Source of the DNA: Lama glama
Taxonomy: Eukaryota
Reading direction: 5' to 3'
DNA: 64,000 nucleotides
NCBI GenBank assembly: GCA_028534125.1
Contig: CM052817.1
Span: 46,006,001-46,070,000 of the forward strand
Below, piece by piece: positions 47,177 through 59,979 of the stretch (positions are counted from its first letter, which is position 1; every line of letters starts with the position of its first letter). Both the position numbers and the translations under genes were made by a program. Below the pieces are notes generated by a model, which was not told the origin of the DNA, searched no databases, and worked only from the letters and a program-made list of their open reading frames with translations.

Positions 47177-50012
47177 AAGACAAAGACTTGTAGTTACTAA
47201 CTCCATTCACAGTTTATCCCATGGAATTTCACAATAGACTCCAATGAAACTTCACAGGTAGAAATACTATGGTTGTGATATTTAGTCCAGTTCATCTTAG
47301 AACATATTTAGAAGGTACTGCCCATGTACACTGACTGAATCCATCAAAAAGTGCTGAATCTTATGTTTTGAAGTTTTAGTATCAATGTATTAACCAGATT
47401 AACTGTGTAGCAATATAGCACAGCTATTCCACATATTGGAATTACCAACTTGATGGTATCACCAGTAGCACAAGCCAAACTGAATATTTTGGAAAGAGTG
47501 CCACAGTTGGGATTGTTAGCCACTTGGGTTTAGAAGGCTTGATTTGGATTATCCATACAGCTTTTCATTTTCTTTAGTAAGCAATAGGGAGCAAAACTAG
47601 GGCTGTACACATAGGACATCAGCAATATTAACAGGGAATATGCAGCATTATTTCCTTCACCGTGTGTTTCCAAGTAATATATATTAATATAAATGGATTG
47701 CAGAGAATAATTTCTTTATGAAGACATCTTTTCACACTTTATTTACTACATTACATATAAGGCCTTGGGAAATTTAATTTTTCACTGGCACAAATGTTTA
47801 TGATAACAGATGGATGGCATGATGCTGTGGAATGTTGAGGTTAAGGCTAAGATAGGTTTGTCTCGCCAGAAAAAGATGGTAGTGTGTGGGAGAGGCTAAA
47901 GGTGATTATGGGTATTGTGTTTCATGCATAACAGGGATTCTCTTTGCAAATTTATAATAATAGGATTAGAAAAAGTACTGCTGTAGGAAATAAGTCTTTC
48001 TTATTCTCTGAAAGAAGAGCCCTTGAGAAGATTCTATTAGTGTATTTCTTTAGGTAGCACACTGCTCAGCTTGAAAGACTCAAAGGGATATTTCATGCAA
48101 TTTTCAAAGTTCATGCAATTATGCCATGACCAGAAGTTTTTACCTCTTTCTGCTGTGTGGATATCAAGAGAACAAGTTTGCACTTTTCAAACTCTTATAT
48201 ACAGAACTATTGGGAAGAGCAGTACAGGGTAAATGGTAAAATGAGAGCTTGAATCTACATCTTTTTGATGAATGTAAACAATATGCTATATTGTGCACAG
48301 AAGGGTTCAAGTCTTTGGTTAATCTTCATTTTGGAATTTTTTTTTTTGAGATAGGATTACCAAGTGGGTGGATAAAGTCCCATTCCAAAATGATTCATAA
48401 GGATACTGTGCCTTGATCAGTACAAACTGCTAATGCCATGTATCTACTCTTGCACTTCAGAGTACCTCCCTATTTATATAAATCTCTAAAGATCTTGCTT
48501 TGTGAAACTTTATTCATCCAGTCAGATTCTAAACTTAATGAATTTACTCTTCAGGTTTAACTAAAATTAAACAGAATGCTTTGAACAAAATGTTGTTTGG
48601 TTTTCTTTGTTTATTCTTATCATAATTTATAATTATGGTAGCAACTAAAATATTTTTAATCTGAAAATTTTACCCATAATTTTGTGATACAAACTAAATA
48701 AATTAATTTTATTTATATTTCATTCAAATTCTTATCCATATATAGTCACTGTGTACATATGATTAGGTAAATATTCTTTCTTCATTTAAAAAGAAATCAG
48801 AAGCATTTTATAAATTGCAGCTATGCCTTCATAGTCATAGTTCATAATAGTTTAATAATATTTCATTGGGTAAAAATCTATCATAATTTCATATTATACA
48901 GTAGCCATAGTCCTAACGCAAATATATCATGAGAAAAGTTACCTGTGGTTTATGACTCATAGGTACTTAGATGTGTTGGGATAAAATATGATGTCATTAA
49001 AAGTTCTATTTATACATTATTTGGGATGTGCTAGGAGTTGACATTTAAGGATATGGGTATGACATATCCATATCTGGTTCTACCAAAATCCCTTCCATGT
49101 ATTTTCAGAGAGGTAAATGTTATAAGGAAGTTCAGTAACAACCACATGTTGCCTGGTGTATTCTATCTTTAGAGTCTATGCAGAGCTCCTTGAAGAAACT
49201 ATGAGAACCTACAGTCTGGGCAAGACTATATTCAGAGCATGCTCAGAACCATGGGTCCTCATAAAACCTCAGCAACCCATCTATTAGGCAAGGCAATCCA
49301 ACAGATTTAAGAAGATACTGTGTGCTAGAGTAATAACTGTTCAAAATTTGATATAAATACAAGTATTTTGAGAATCAGGGTAGTTAATATACATGGTGGA
49401 TTGTATGGAAATTAGTAGCTGGCAATGTCAAGAGCCCCAGCAGACGCTCAGGAAACAATTACTTTTAAAACAACATGGCTAGAGAAAAAGGGGAACTGGG
49501 CATTATTTTTGTAACCAATCTTGACCATGTATTCAGGAGCATAAGAAGGCTCTTGAGCTTTGCTAATAATCATTTCAGAATAACAGTACTTAAGTTTAGG
49601 ACAGGATCATCAGTCCAGAGATTTAACTTGCTGATAAACCCACATCATTTGCTTTTGGAGTCAGATACCTAAAAGGGCATGGGGCATTGATAGATGACCT
49701 CCACACGCTGTAGACTATAGGAAAGAGATATTCCTAACATAAGCTGGTCATTGCCAAATCTGAAGCACATAGATATGGAGAAAGTACCTGAGACCAAAAC
49801 CTAGTTGTGACAATGGTCTGGTATACTAGAACTAAAAAGGAACACTAAATGAAAATGCCGTAGTATGTAGTTTCACATTCCCATCCAAACTAGGAAGAAT
49901 AGAATTTACAAGATAAGAAATTAGAAGACAATGAGGACAAATCACAAGGAATGACCAAGGACAATGTTTTATTTTAGCAATAAGAGGTGATTTTGACAAT
50001 TCACAGTATGAT

Positions 50013-50059
50013 TATCAAATACCTACTTTGAAACAAAGTATCAAATATCTACTTTGAAA
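50013..50059. repeat. Tandem duplication with 26-bp period (21 bp shared, 1 mismatch)
   Basis: TATCAAATACCTACTTTGAAA / TATCAAATATCTACTTTGAAA. Confidence 0.85.
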
Positions 50060-50667
50060 ACTGTGAATCTCCAAAGAAACTCAGAAGATACGCTAGTCTT
50101 TAGAAGACTTTATGAGACAGACATGCGTTCTAACAGAAATATCTCACCTTCAATACGTAATACTTCAATGAGCAAAGAGCAAATAAAGAATAAGCCTCTC
50201 AATAAATAGGTGAAGGAGCAAGTAGAGAATCTGTTTTTATCTGAATGAGGACTGGGAACTAAACATCTAATGGAACAAGATGTGACATCTCCAAGGAAAG
50301 GGAGATGGGTGGCTGGGAAAATCTACTGACCCCATGTACTCCTGTAAATACAGAAATTGCACAAGATACCTGAATAACGGTTCTTCAGCGGTTTGATGGA
50401 ATTTCTAGTAAACAACAGAATGTGGCTCATAAATGTATCTCAGGCAATTGAAGCATAGAAATCATCTGGTTTAAAAGGTAGCCCAGTTCCCCCAGAGTAT
50501 CAGAGATAAAATTAAGATAAAAATCCCAGGAATTCTGTACTGTTTCTAAAATCTATGTGTCAAGGCCCATGCCAGATAGCAGACAGATTGGGTCCTCAAA
50601 TATGTTTGCATTTCCAAGGTAGCCACTGAGTGTACACACTCCTGGCACCATTAAACCTTTATAGGAA

Positions 50668-51407
50668 GAGGGGCAGGATCAAGATGGTGGAGAAGGAAGA
50701 TGCTGAGCTCATTTCCTCAGCTCTCAAAGGACTCATGTACAAACTCATTCACCCTGAGACAGCACAGAGGCAGCAGTTTAAAAACCTGGTGTTCCAGCCA
50801 GCCTGCCACAGCACCCCACTCAAGCTCCAGCCATCCCACCAAGGTAACCACGGCCCACTACACACCAGGACCCCCAGACTCATGCCCGCTCTAGCCCCTG
50901 GTACACAGTCTATGTAAGTGATGCCCCAACACAAAGTCATGGTGTCAAGACCAGGAAAGGTAACCGTTTTGCCTAATTCACTTAAGCAAACACAGAAAAT
51001 CAAACAAAATGAAGAGAAGGAGGAGTATGTTCCAAATGAAAGAATAAGACAAAACCCCAGAGGAAAACCTTAATAAAACAGAGATAAATAATTTGCCTGA
51101 TAAAGAGTTCAAAATAATGGCCGTAAAAATGCTCACCAAGCTTGGGAGAATAATGGAGGAACATATTGAGAACTTCAACAAAGGGTTAGAAAATACAAAA
51201 AAGAACCAATCATAGCTGAAGAATACAATAACTGAAATGAAAAATACATTACAGGGAGTCAACAGTAGATTAAATGATAGAAGTATAAGTGGTTTGGAAG
51301 ACAGAATAATAGAAATCATCTAATCAGAACATCAAAAAGAAAAAGGAGTTTTATAAATGAGGATATTTCAAGGGACCTCTGGGACAACATTGAGCACACT
51401 AACATTT
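50668..51407 (+). mobile_element. L1 5' end: short 5' UTR plus N-terminal part of ORF1 (disrupted)
   Basis: YY1-type CAAGATGG at 50680-50687. ATG at 51009 gives MKRRRSMFQMKE*DKTPEENLNKTEINNLPDKEFKIMAVKML..., an L1 ORF1 with in-frame stops. Confidence 0.9.
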
Positions 51408-51444
51408 TATAACACATAAATAAATAAAACATTTTATATATATA

Positions 51445-51570
51445 TAAAACATTTTCTTTATCCATTCATCCCTTGATGGGAACTTAGGTTGCTTCTGTGT
51501 ATTAACAATTGTAAATAACGCCATAATGAACATGGGAGTGTAAAAATCACTTCGGATTAGTGTTTTCATA
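51445..51570 (-). mobile_element. L1 ORF2 3'-end fragment, antisense
   Basis: 'ttatccattcatcccttgatgggaacttaggttgcttc...tgtaaataacgccataatgaacatgggagtg'. Confidence 0.85.
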
Positions 51571-51823
51571 ATTGTACACTAAAGATAGAGAGTCAGGATG
51601 AAACTGACAGTTTATGGATCTTCCTAGTTCACGGCTATATATGTAAATATCAACTAAGATGGATTTATCAATTGAGTGTAGAAAGACTTTGTAAACCATG
51701 GCTAAGTGACACTCTGACCATCTCAGAGAAAGGACAATGGTATACCAGGCCTGAGGAATGGCTAATTTCCAGGACCGCTCTGCTGCAGTTTAGCCCACCA
51801 TTAGATATATATGATAGACAGAT

Positions 51824-51867
<44 letters not shown>
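51824..51867. repeat. (GATA)11 microsatellite with GACA flanks
   Basis: Read directly from the sequence. Confidence 0.95.
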
Positions 51868-51869
<2 letters not shown>

Positions 51870-52024
51870 CAGACAGATCAATCAATTGACCAGAGGAGAT
51901 CTCATTCTTGTGCCCATCACTATAAGAAAAATTTCTTGAATGCTATAAACTCTGGCATTGTCTAATCCATATCTGTTGACTTGATATTCAGAGAACTAGA
52001 CTCACTGAGATCATTGGGTTAGTA

Positions 52025-52091
52025 TTTTGTATGGTTAGGTGGTTAAGAACAGATTCTCAGATAGTGATCTTAACCACCTAACCATAGAAAA
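52025..52091. repeat. Inverted repeat: perfect 19-bp arms (24 bp with 1 mismatch), 19-nt spacer
   Basis: TATGGTTAGGTGGTTAAGA (52030-52048) and TCTTAACCACCTAACCATA (52068-52086). Confidence 0.95.
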
Positions 52092-52350
52092 AAAGTGTCG
52101 TTACATTAATTCTGGGAATGTCTGGGTCTTACAGCACAGCATCTCCAGACAGGGACTCTGACAAACAAACAGGTGCAGACCACAACCAGCAGCCATATAC
52201 GCTTGGTCAACTTATTGCTTGATTAGTGGCAGCACTGAGATGACTAGAAAGAAAAGTTCAGACTATGTTAACTAGTGAACGGTGCAAATGACATGGAATT
52301 GACCCTTCGCCAAAACAGCCTTTGTAAGGGTCTGTATGAGACTTGGAAGT

Positions 52351-52378
52351 GACTATGGGGACTATGGGGACTATAGGG
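52351..52378. repeat. 9-bp tandem repeat, 3 copies (GACTATGGG)
   Basis: Read directly; the third copy has one mismatch. Confidence 0.9.
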
Positions 52379-53690
52379 TCTGGCACAGAAATACTGAGGG
52401 AGCACTTAAATGATGTGTTACGGGAATTCTACCCAGAGGAATGTGACCCTAGATTGGGGAAAGTCAGTTTGGCTAACACACCAAATTTAAAGATTAGATG
52501 CTAGGATATACAAAGCAGGATCTGGAGTCAGAGGTAACTGTCTGAACACAAGCTTATCAATACCTTCTGATCTCACTTGTTCAGTGACATTTCATGTAAT
52601 GATTTCCCAAGGAATCCCTAGCTACTTCTCCCATTTGGAAACTGACACCTTATGTTCCAAAGACGTGAAGCATGGACTATGTGTAGCATGCCTGGCATCT
52701 TCCAGAGCTTGAGGCTGCAGACTCTGCCTTGGGATGCTAGCACTCCCAGTTGGAGACAACAGACTTACTCTTCATTCAAACTAAGCAAAGAAGCAAGGAC
52801 AATAATTCTAGAAGGAAGGGATGACCTCCTTACTAACTATAATACCCACTTAAGAGGCTCATCCCTACGGTTTGAAGCCATTCATCAGGGAGTGGCTGAC
52901 CGAGTAACTCTGATCCTATTTGCTGAAAAGCCAGGTAAGTATATAGTTGAGGACTGTGTTTTTAGGTCTGCTGGGCTAGAACTTCTGCTATGAAAAGAAA
53001 ACTCCCTGGCTGTTCTCCAAGTCAAGTATAGTGAAGAATCCTATTGTATTAGCAATGGTAGAGGGAAAAATTGGGAAATCTATCTTTATATTTAACTCAA
53101 AAGGACAGAATATTTTGCATTCTGGTTTTCATTGTTTTGGATATTAAATTTTTTGCAACAATAATTTTTGAACTTTAGTTTCTCCCTGGTAATTTGGCAA
53201 AGAGAGGAGGGTTATGTTCAAATTTCAAACATTTAAATGTTGACATTTAATAATAGAATATCTCAATTCTCTTCAATTGCACTGCTTGGAATAGCAGGTG
53301 AAGTTGCTGCCAGTAGACCATAACTTTAAAGCTAATTTAATTAGTGGCTCTTCTGGCACAGTTTAAAACTGAGTGCTAGAAGTTTAGTAAGGCTAGTCAA
53401 AGGAACAGTGATTGGCATTGAGGAAGTTACCCCATGAAGATGGGAAGAGGACTGTCCTAACAGACTGCTCAATTCTTCCCCCAAATGGAATAGCCATGAC
53501 TTGGATATGTTACAGATTAATGTTTGTTCCCTATTCCTGTAGTTTCCATGAGGAAGGATTTGCCTAAACACAGCGGGCCAGTCACTTTACCCTTTGTTCC
53601 TCCCCAGGAAGGTGGACTGAGTTACCTGGTTGGTGAATGACAGCTCTAATACTAGGTTACATTGTCGAATATGATTCAGCTTTATTGGTG

Positions 53691-54158
53691 TGTTAGTTAG
53701 CTTTATCTGTGGCAACAAACAATGCCAATATCAGAGGCTAACAACCACAGACACTTATTTATTGCTCCTGTTACACAGGAGCTGCAGGCCAGCTACATGT
53801 TTTCTCAGCTCTGCTGTATTTAGCTGTACCTGGTTCTGCTCAGCTCAGCCTGGCTTTGCTCCATGGGTCTTCTCTGTCCCGAGACCTGGGCACTTGTATT
53901 ATCCCTTGTCTGTGATATGCTATTCTAATTGGTGAGGGAAAAACCACACAAATCAACTTGAAGCTTCACTGAAAAGTGGCACATATCATATCTGCGTACA
54001 TCCCATCAGCCACAGAATACCCCAGGACCCAACCCAAAATCATGATGCAACAACAACTTCCTACTTGATACAACAGCTCACGTGACAAAGAGCAGGAACA
54101 TACAACCCTGTCATAGGGAAGAAGCAAATGATGGGGAAATTGTACTTCAATCTAAGAC
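53691..54158 (-). mobile_element. Old MaLR LTR (MLT1J-like)
   Basis: 'tgttagttagct...gcaacaaacaa...cttatttattgctc...aaagtggcacatatca...catcccatcagcca'. Confidence 0.7.
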
Positions 54159-54179
54159 TCCAAAGAAAGGAACTTGGAT

Positions 54180-54440
54180 TGATTGATGTAGCATGGTCAC
54201 TTACCCAAGGGAAAGATACCTGGTTGAGAGGGCAGCTGAGATGAGTCTCGAAGTATGAAAAGAAATTAATCAAATGGAATAAAAATAGAGGAAGGGTGCT
54301 ACTTCAGATACAGGAAGCTGCATGTGTAGATGCGTGGAGGTACAACAGTGCAGAATTTCTGAGGAAATACAGGCCATTTGATTTTTATCAGTACATGCAG
54401 TAGGAGTTAAGGCATGAAGTGGGACTAGAAATAGAAGTGC
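54180..54440 (-). mobile_element. L2 fragment
   Basis: 'caagggaaagatacctgg...gctgagatgagtctcgaagtatga'. Confidence 0.5.
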
Positions 54441-55394
54441 CTGAATAAAACAAGTAAATGCATTATTTCCCATTGTCCATTGCAGATACTCTGCTGCATG
54501 CCAGGACTAACAATGAAATGATGAACATAAAGAGTGCTATTCTTCCAGGACTGGCAAGAAGAGGAGATGGCCCTGGGTCAGCACCCCTGGAGGAGTCTCC
54601 CTACCCACCATCTAAGGTCTTGATGCATTGCAAAGAATGTTTTCACACTTCCCCCAAAGTATCATCTCATCCAGTGAAAAGGACCACGCATAGAACATAA
54701 AATGCTGTGAACAAGAGGTGGGCATGGGCAGAGGCGTAACTTGGGACATTCAAGGGTGAGCAGTGATAAGACTGAGTGATTAAAAGCATTGGGAAAACTT
54801 TAGTCATGTTGGCAAAGACAGGTATCTAGGTAGGGGACTTACCAGGGCAGAACTACCAACGGAGGTCAGAAGCGAGAGTGCATAGGGAAGGCAGACACAT
54901 GAAGGGAGCAGTTTAAGAGGAGAAGCAGGAGAGGCAGAAAAATTTGTTGTCAGGCTAGGTCAGTGTCTTATTTGGACGTTTGTTAAAATAGTAACAGCAT
55001 TAGGCTATTAAAAACTGTATAGTGGCAACTATCTGCAGTCATTCATCACTCCTACTTGTGACATGTAGAAAAGTCAAGGACACACAGCTGAAGGGTTAGA
55101 CAAAGTCTGTGTCATCTTGTTCTAATTGTCCTCGTCTGGTAAGGGGGTATCACTGCCTCCTAATGCTTCGGGTCTCCAGGGTCCAATGAGCATAATAGCC
55201 TAAGGGTTCATGCTCCTCGCCATCTGACACATCTCCTGAGACAGATCGCTGTTAGCCCCACTGCTGTACGGACTGTCCCACGCAGGCGGCTCTGGAGCAC
55301 TGCAGTGTGACAAGGAGAGCAGGTGAGCAAACCTGAAAGTAAATACATGTATTTGTAAGTTTATTTATTTATTTGTATTTTACATTTATGTATT

Positions 55395-55655
55395 TAATAG
55401 GCACTGATTGAGTGGAGGGAGAAGATACTGGTAATGGAATACAGAAGTTGCCAGTACAGGCTTTGAAGTCAAACAACATTTAGTTTAAATCCCAGATCTG
55501 CTGCTGTGTGACTTGGAGGAGCTTGTGTCTCAGAGTCTCCATTTCCTCATCCCTCAGCTGAAGCTGTAAAGTTCGCCACTGAGTGTTCTATGGTTTAAAT
55601 AAGATGCGGCGTGTGCAGAGTCTGGTACTGAGCTTTCAACGCAATGTGTGCTCAG
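55395..55655 (+). mobile_element. MIR
   Basis: 'caggctttgaagtcaaac...gtttaaatcccag...gctgtgtgacttgg...ccatttcctcatc'. Confidence 0.7.
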
Positions 55656-56835
55656 AACACCACAGCGTTAAAAATTATAATAATGAAGAGGAAGGAAAAG
55701 AGAGTACGAGGGCCACATGCTTCGTGCCTCCCCCCAAAATAGTGGGGGGCTAATACAAAGAGTGGAATGAAAGAGAGGCTGAAGGGTTGGAAAGGAGGAG
55801 CCAACTTTCGGGCTTTGAAATGGACTGCCAGTACCTCATATGAAGGAATAGCATTTATGTTTCTATCCATTCTCATCCATTTCATTGGATGATAAATGGA
55901 GCTCTTCAAAGTCTCCTCTTGGCACTGGAATCTCTAGAGAGTGTGTGTGCTTCATGTCCCAGTCTCCTGCAACTGTGTGAGCCCAGCTTAATTAGCCCAG
56001 GAACGTCTTTAATGCAGAAGGTCCTTTAAGACTGGTTTGGACGGGACAGCCAAGTACAGCCTGCTCTCTCCACATGGTACCGGTGGCCGTCGGGCTGGTT
56101 GCTTCACGGACACAGGCTTATAATGGCTCATTTCTTCCTTTGGCCTTTTTGCTGCTTTTAAATAATTACAGAAGAAATATTCTCACCACTTTTTTTTCTA
56201 GAAGGAAAAATAAGATTCATATAAGCATCTTAGACTTTGAGCTATTTGAGACCCCCTTTCCTTATTTATATCAGTGGTTATACTAGGATGAAACACAAAA
56301 TACAAAGCAATAATGCTTTTAGGGATATGCAATTATTATGTGAGGGTGGTTATAAGTCACTCCTCTGCATACAGAAAACATGTTAGGCTTATGGGTGATG
56401 AATAGGAGCAAATCCACAACCCATTTTGCTACAAGAAAATTATTCGCTTGTTTTGAATGTGGTGGTGACTGCCTCTGTCAGGTTTTGACGTAGCGTACTT
56501 AGGTAATGCTAGGGTGGGACAGAGGTTTGAGTTAACAGTTCTTCTAGCATTTAAAAACTCCTCTCAGGAAGCATAGGGTGACAACATTTGTCATTTTAAT
56601 AAAAATGTGAAACTGGTCCCACGATGGATTTGATCATCCAACAGATCAAATTTGCATGCTACTTGGCCTCGGAGTGAAGCTACTGGTTGTGTGACTTCTG
56701 GAACCTGGCACAGTCCCACGGGGACCCAAAGCTGAAGAGGAGGAGGGTGGAGCAAAGCTCAGAGGCTGAAGGCAGCCACTTTTCTGGGTCTGAGGAAAGA
56801 AGAGGGGAATCTGGTGTATTCATTCCTTTGTTACC

Positions 56836-57140
56836 AAGCAGTTCTGAAATTAGGCACTGGCCGCTCGTGGCTGTGGAACACTTAGAATGTGACTAGTCAG
56901 AACTGACATGTCCAGTAAATATGAAATACACACCAGATGGGAAAGACTCAGTATGAAAAAGAGAATGTAAAATAGCTCACAAATAATTTCTATATTGATT
57001 ACATGTTAAAGGCTAATTTGGATGTATTGGATTAAGCAAGCTTCACTACTCACAGTGATTTTACTTTCTTTTTACTTCTTGTAGTGTGACTCCTAGTAAA
57101 TTTTAAATTACATACATTGCTCTCATTATGTTTTGTACTT
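56836..57140. mobile_element. MER33-like hAT-Charlie non-autonomous DNA transposon
   Basis: 'aatgtgactagtc...aaatacacaccaga...gaatgtaaaatagctc...tatattgattacatgtt...ttttaaatttacata'. Confidence 0.8.
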
Positions 57141-57769
57141 GCCTCAAAGTAGATAAATGATTCTTCTCCTAAAGGCATCTAGTTTCATGCTTGTGCCCTT
57201 TCGTGAATTGTTTATCATCGTTTATGACTTTCCAGTTAATTTCAGTCAGCTACTCAGGAAGGACAGGTAAACAACGTAGCTGGAAAGAGTCTGATGCATT
57301 TGCTTGCCTAAACACACAGGATGTTGCATCTGTATTTCTCCTAAACCACAAATGATGAACAATCCACCAACACTTCATCTGGATTATATGGTCATCAACC
57401 GAACGTTCATCATGTGGGTGTAAGGGTAACTCTGACAAAGCAAATTCCATGGATATTCTCCTGTTGCCTTTTAAGATGCCATCAATTGTACATTTGTGTC
57501 AGATAGAAAAATGAATCATTGATTTATACAGGAAATGACCATTGATTGGCACAGAAATGATAAATTCAGAGAACAAAATAGACAATGGTTTAGATAATTG
57601 TATGCTGAGGAATAACACAGATATTCATTTCTGGAAGCATGAAAGTCATGATTTAACCTTAAATTAAACTATATTCTCTCAGAACTTAAGCTTGGTGAAT
57701 GTGATATCCTGGGATAACACAAAGCTCAGGGTTTTGTAACTGTCAGGGATTGTAAAAAAAACGAGAGTC

Positions 57770-58400
57770 TACAACTCAGTGATTGTGGCGAGCTACTTGT
57801 CCCTTTGAACCACAGTTTTTCCAAGGGTAAAATAAAGACAGTTACACCAGCCTTTCAGGGATATTGTTGTGTGCAGAGACTAGCACAATGAATACAGACT
57901 TTTATTATTAATAGTAGAATTTTAGTGAATCAGTTTTGTGAAGGTGTTTCTTAGATCCTGACTCCTATAGCAAACATTTCCAGGTGAAGTGAACTCTTGA
58001 TTTCCACCCTATAATATATCCTTAGAGGCACGTTGAAATTGTAGTAATTCACTGATCACCAAACTGCAGAATATTGAGCTGGGGCTTGAAGGAGACCCAA
58101 TGATGAATCTGATTTTAATCTTCCAAAGAGTTGATAGTTTTAGGGAAGAGAAGATATTCACATATATAGAAATAATACAAAGTAGATTGTGCCAAATATC
58201 TCAAGATAGTTTTGGCCACATTGACTCAGAAGGGCCGATGAGATCCAGGTAGAGACGTCCCTCAGAAAATGCAGGACTAGCCCCAAGGAGTGAGCTGTTT
58301 GCTGGAGGTAGAGATCAGGTAGCCTAACCACGTGGATGAGATCCTTGAAGTCCTGGGACTACATAGACTTGCTGCAGGTGATAGTCTGATGGGGGAGTGA
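57770..58400. mobile_element. Degenerate MIR and L2 fragments
   Basis: MIR core 'gagctacttgtccctttgaaccacagtttttcc...gtaaaat' and L2-like purine-rich segments. Confidence 0.45.
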
Positions 58401-59979
58401 AATGAGGGACAGGGAAGGAAAGAGAGAGGGATGAGCATAAATGTAATGGAAGATTTCTTTTTAGGAAACAAAGAAGGAAGAGAATGAAAGATAAGGACAA
58501 AGAAATAGGTTCAGTTAGGAGAAAGAAGATGCCCAAATTGTCTCTGTTTCTCTCTCCTCTCCCACATTACGAACTCACTGTCTCTGAATTCCCTGTTTCC
58601 CAAAGCTGCCTCTTTCAAAACTCACTCTGGCTCTAATGGCCTCATGTCCTCAGCTGCAATCCCCTGTCACTGCTCGTCCTCGCTCTACAGACCTGAAGCA
58701 ATGCCAGGGCCCTGGTCTCACGCTTTCCCAGGCAGGGGGGTGGGGCACAGAAGACAACCATGCCACTGCACCTAGTCCTACAGCCATATCAATAATTGGA
58801 GAAAAATAAAACAAACTTTAAGGATAAAATTAATTTTATTTATACCAAAGTGAAGTCAAAATAAGTTTAGCATTATTTTCCTATTTAGTGAAAGTATTCC
58901 TGGTCAGTAAAATTGCGTATTTCAAATAACCTGAATTTGGGAAGAATTTTTTTTCTTAAGACACTGTGTTTTCTCAAACTGAAGAGAAATTCTTAGCGAA
59001 GTTTTCATGTTAAACTACTTATGTGTTGACATCCTATGTATCTGGGATAGTTTTGGACTTTGCCAATTAGAATATTAATATAGAGATATTTTTAAACACA
59101 TTATAGAGTATCATAAGAAAAATTTAACTTTCATTGATAGTCAAGATTATCTGAAAATCTTAAAACCATTTGAGATGAGATTCTTATGTAATAACCAGAT
59201 TCTACTGTCCTGTCTTGGTTTTCCAATTTGTAGTTACCCAGTGAATTAAAAATTTTAGTATGGCTGAAATGGAAATCTCTGACTGTACCTATGTTTATTT
59301 TTTATAAATTTTATTTTCTGTGTATTTCTTTTGCTTTTTAGAAAGATTTCTGTCAAGTACAAAAACTCATTTTCTCTCCCTGTAATTTCCTACAATCATC
59401 AGTTTCTGTTTCTTGCACAGAGCATGGACTGGCAGTTGTAATCTTCATAATATACAGAGAAATGACCCATTGTCCCTATTTTGAAACCCAACTCAGAGAG
59501 ATTTTTCAAGGAAAAAAAAGTCTATCATTGTACAATTCTTATTTCAACATCCTTGGGTTTGACCATTGTCTGATTTTATTCAATTGTTTCTAACACAAAA
59601 GAACGGAAGAATCAAACAGTGGAATACATGAAGATTATTGTTGAGTTTTGAAGTCTGAGTAAACTTGGCCGCAGGGCTCTATCTGGAATGTTAAGCTATT
59701 TTGAGGCTGACAGAGAAAATCTAAAGTACAATAAAGATGGTGTATTTCAAAACAGGTTTTTACTTGTTAATTTGTAAGTAATTAGTGGAAAACAGATTTG
59801 TGGTGGATTTTATGGTTCTAGGACACACTTAGGATGATGAAATAGGACTAAGTGATTTCAAGTCAACCAAATAAAGGTTAGGCCTTGGGAGATATAGAGA
59901 CATACTTTAGCTAAGTGGTTTCAAAATGGTTTGGTGTCATTTATTCATTGACTGTATTAAGTGCCTGTTATGCATATTT

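Noticed and set aside
49090..49900. Stretch that looked like an old ERV internal region or processed pseudogene
   Set aside because: I found no recognisable protein motif, poly(A) tail or TSD.
50978..51319. Hydrophobic 113-aa minus-strand ORF
   Set aside because: It is the antisense of L1 ORF1.
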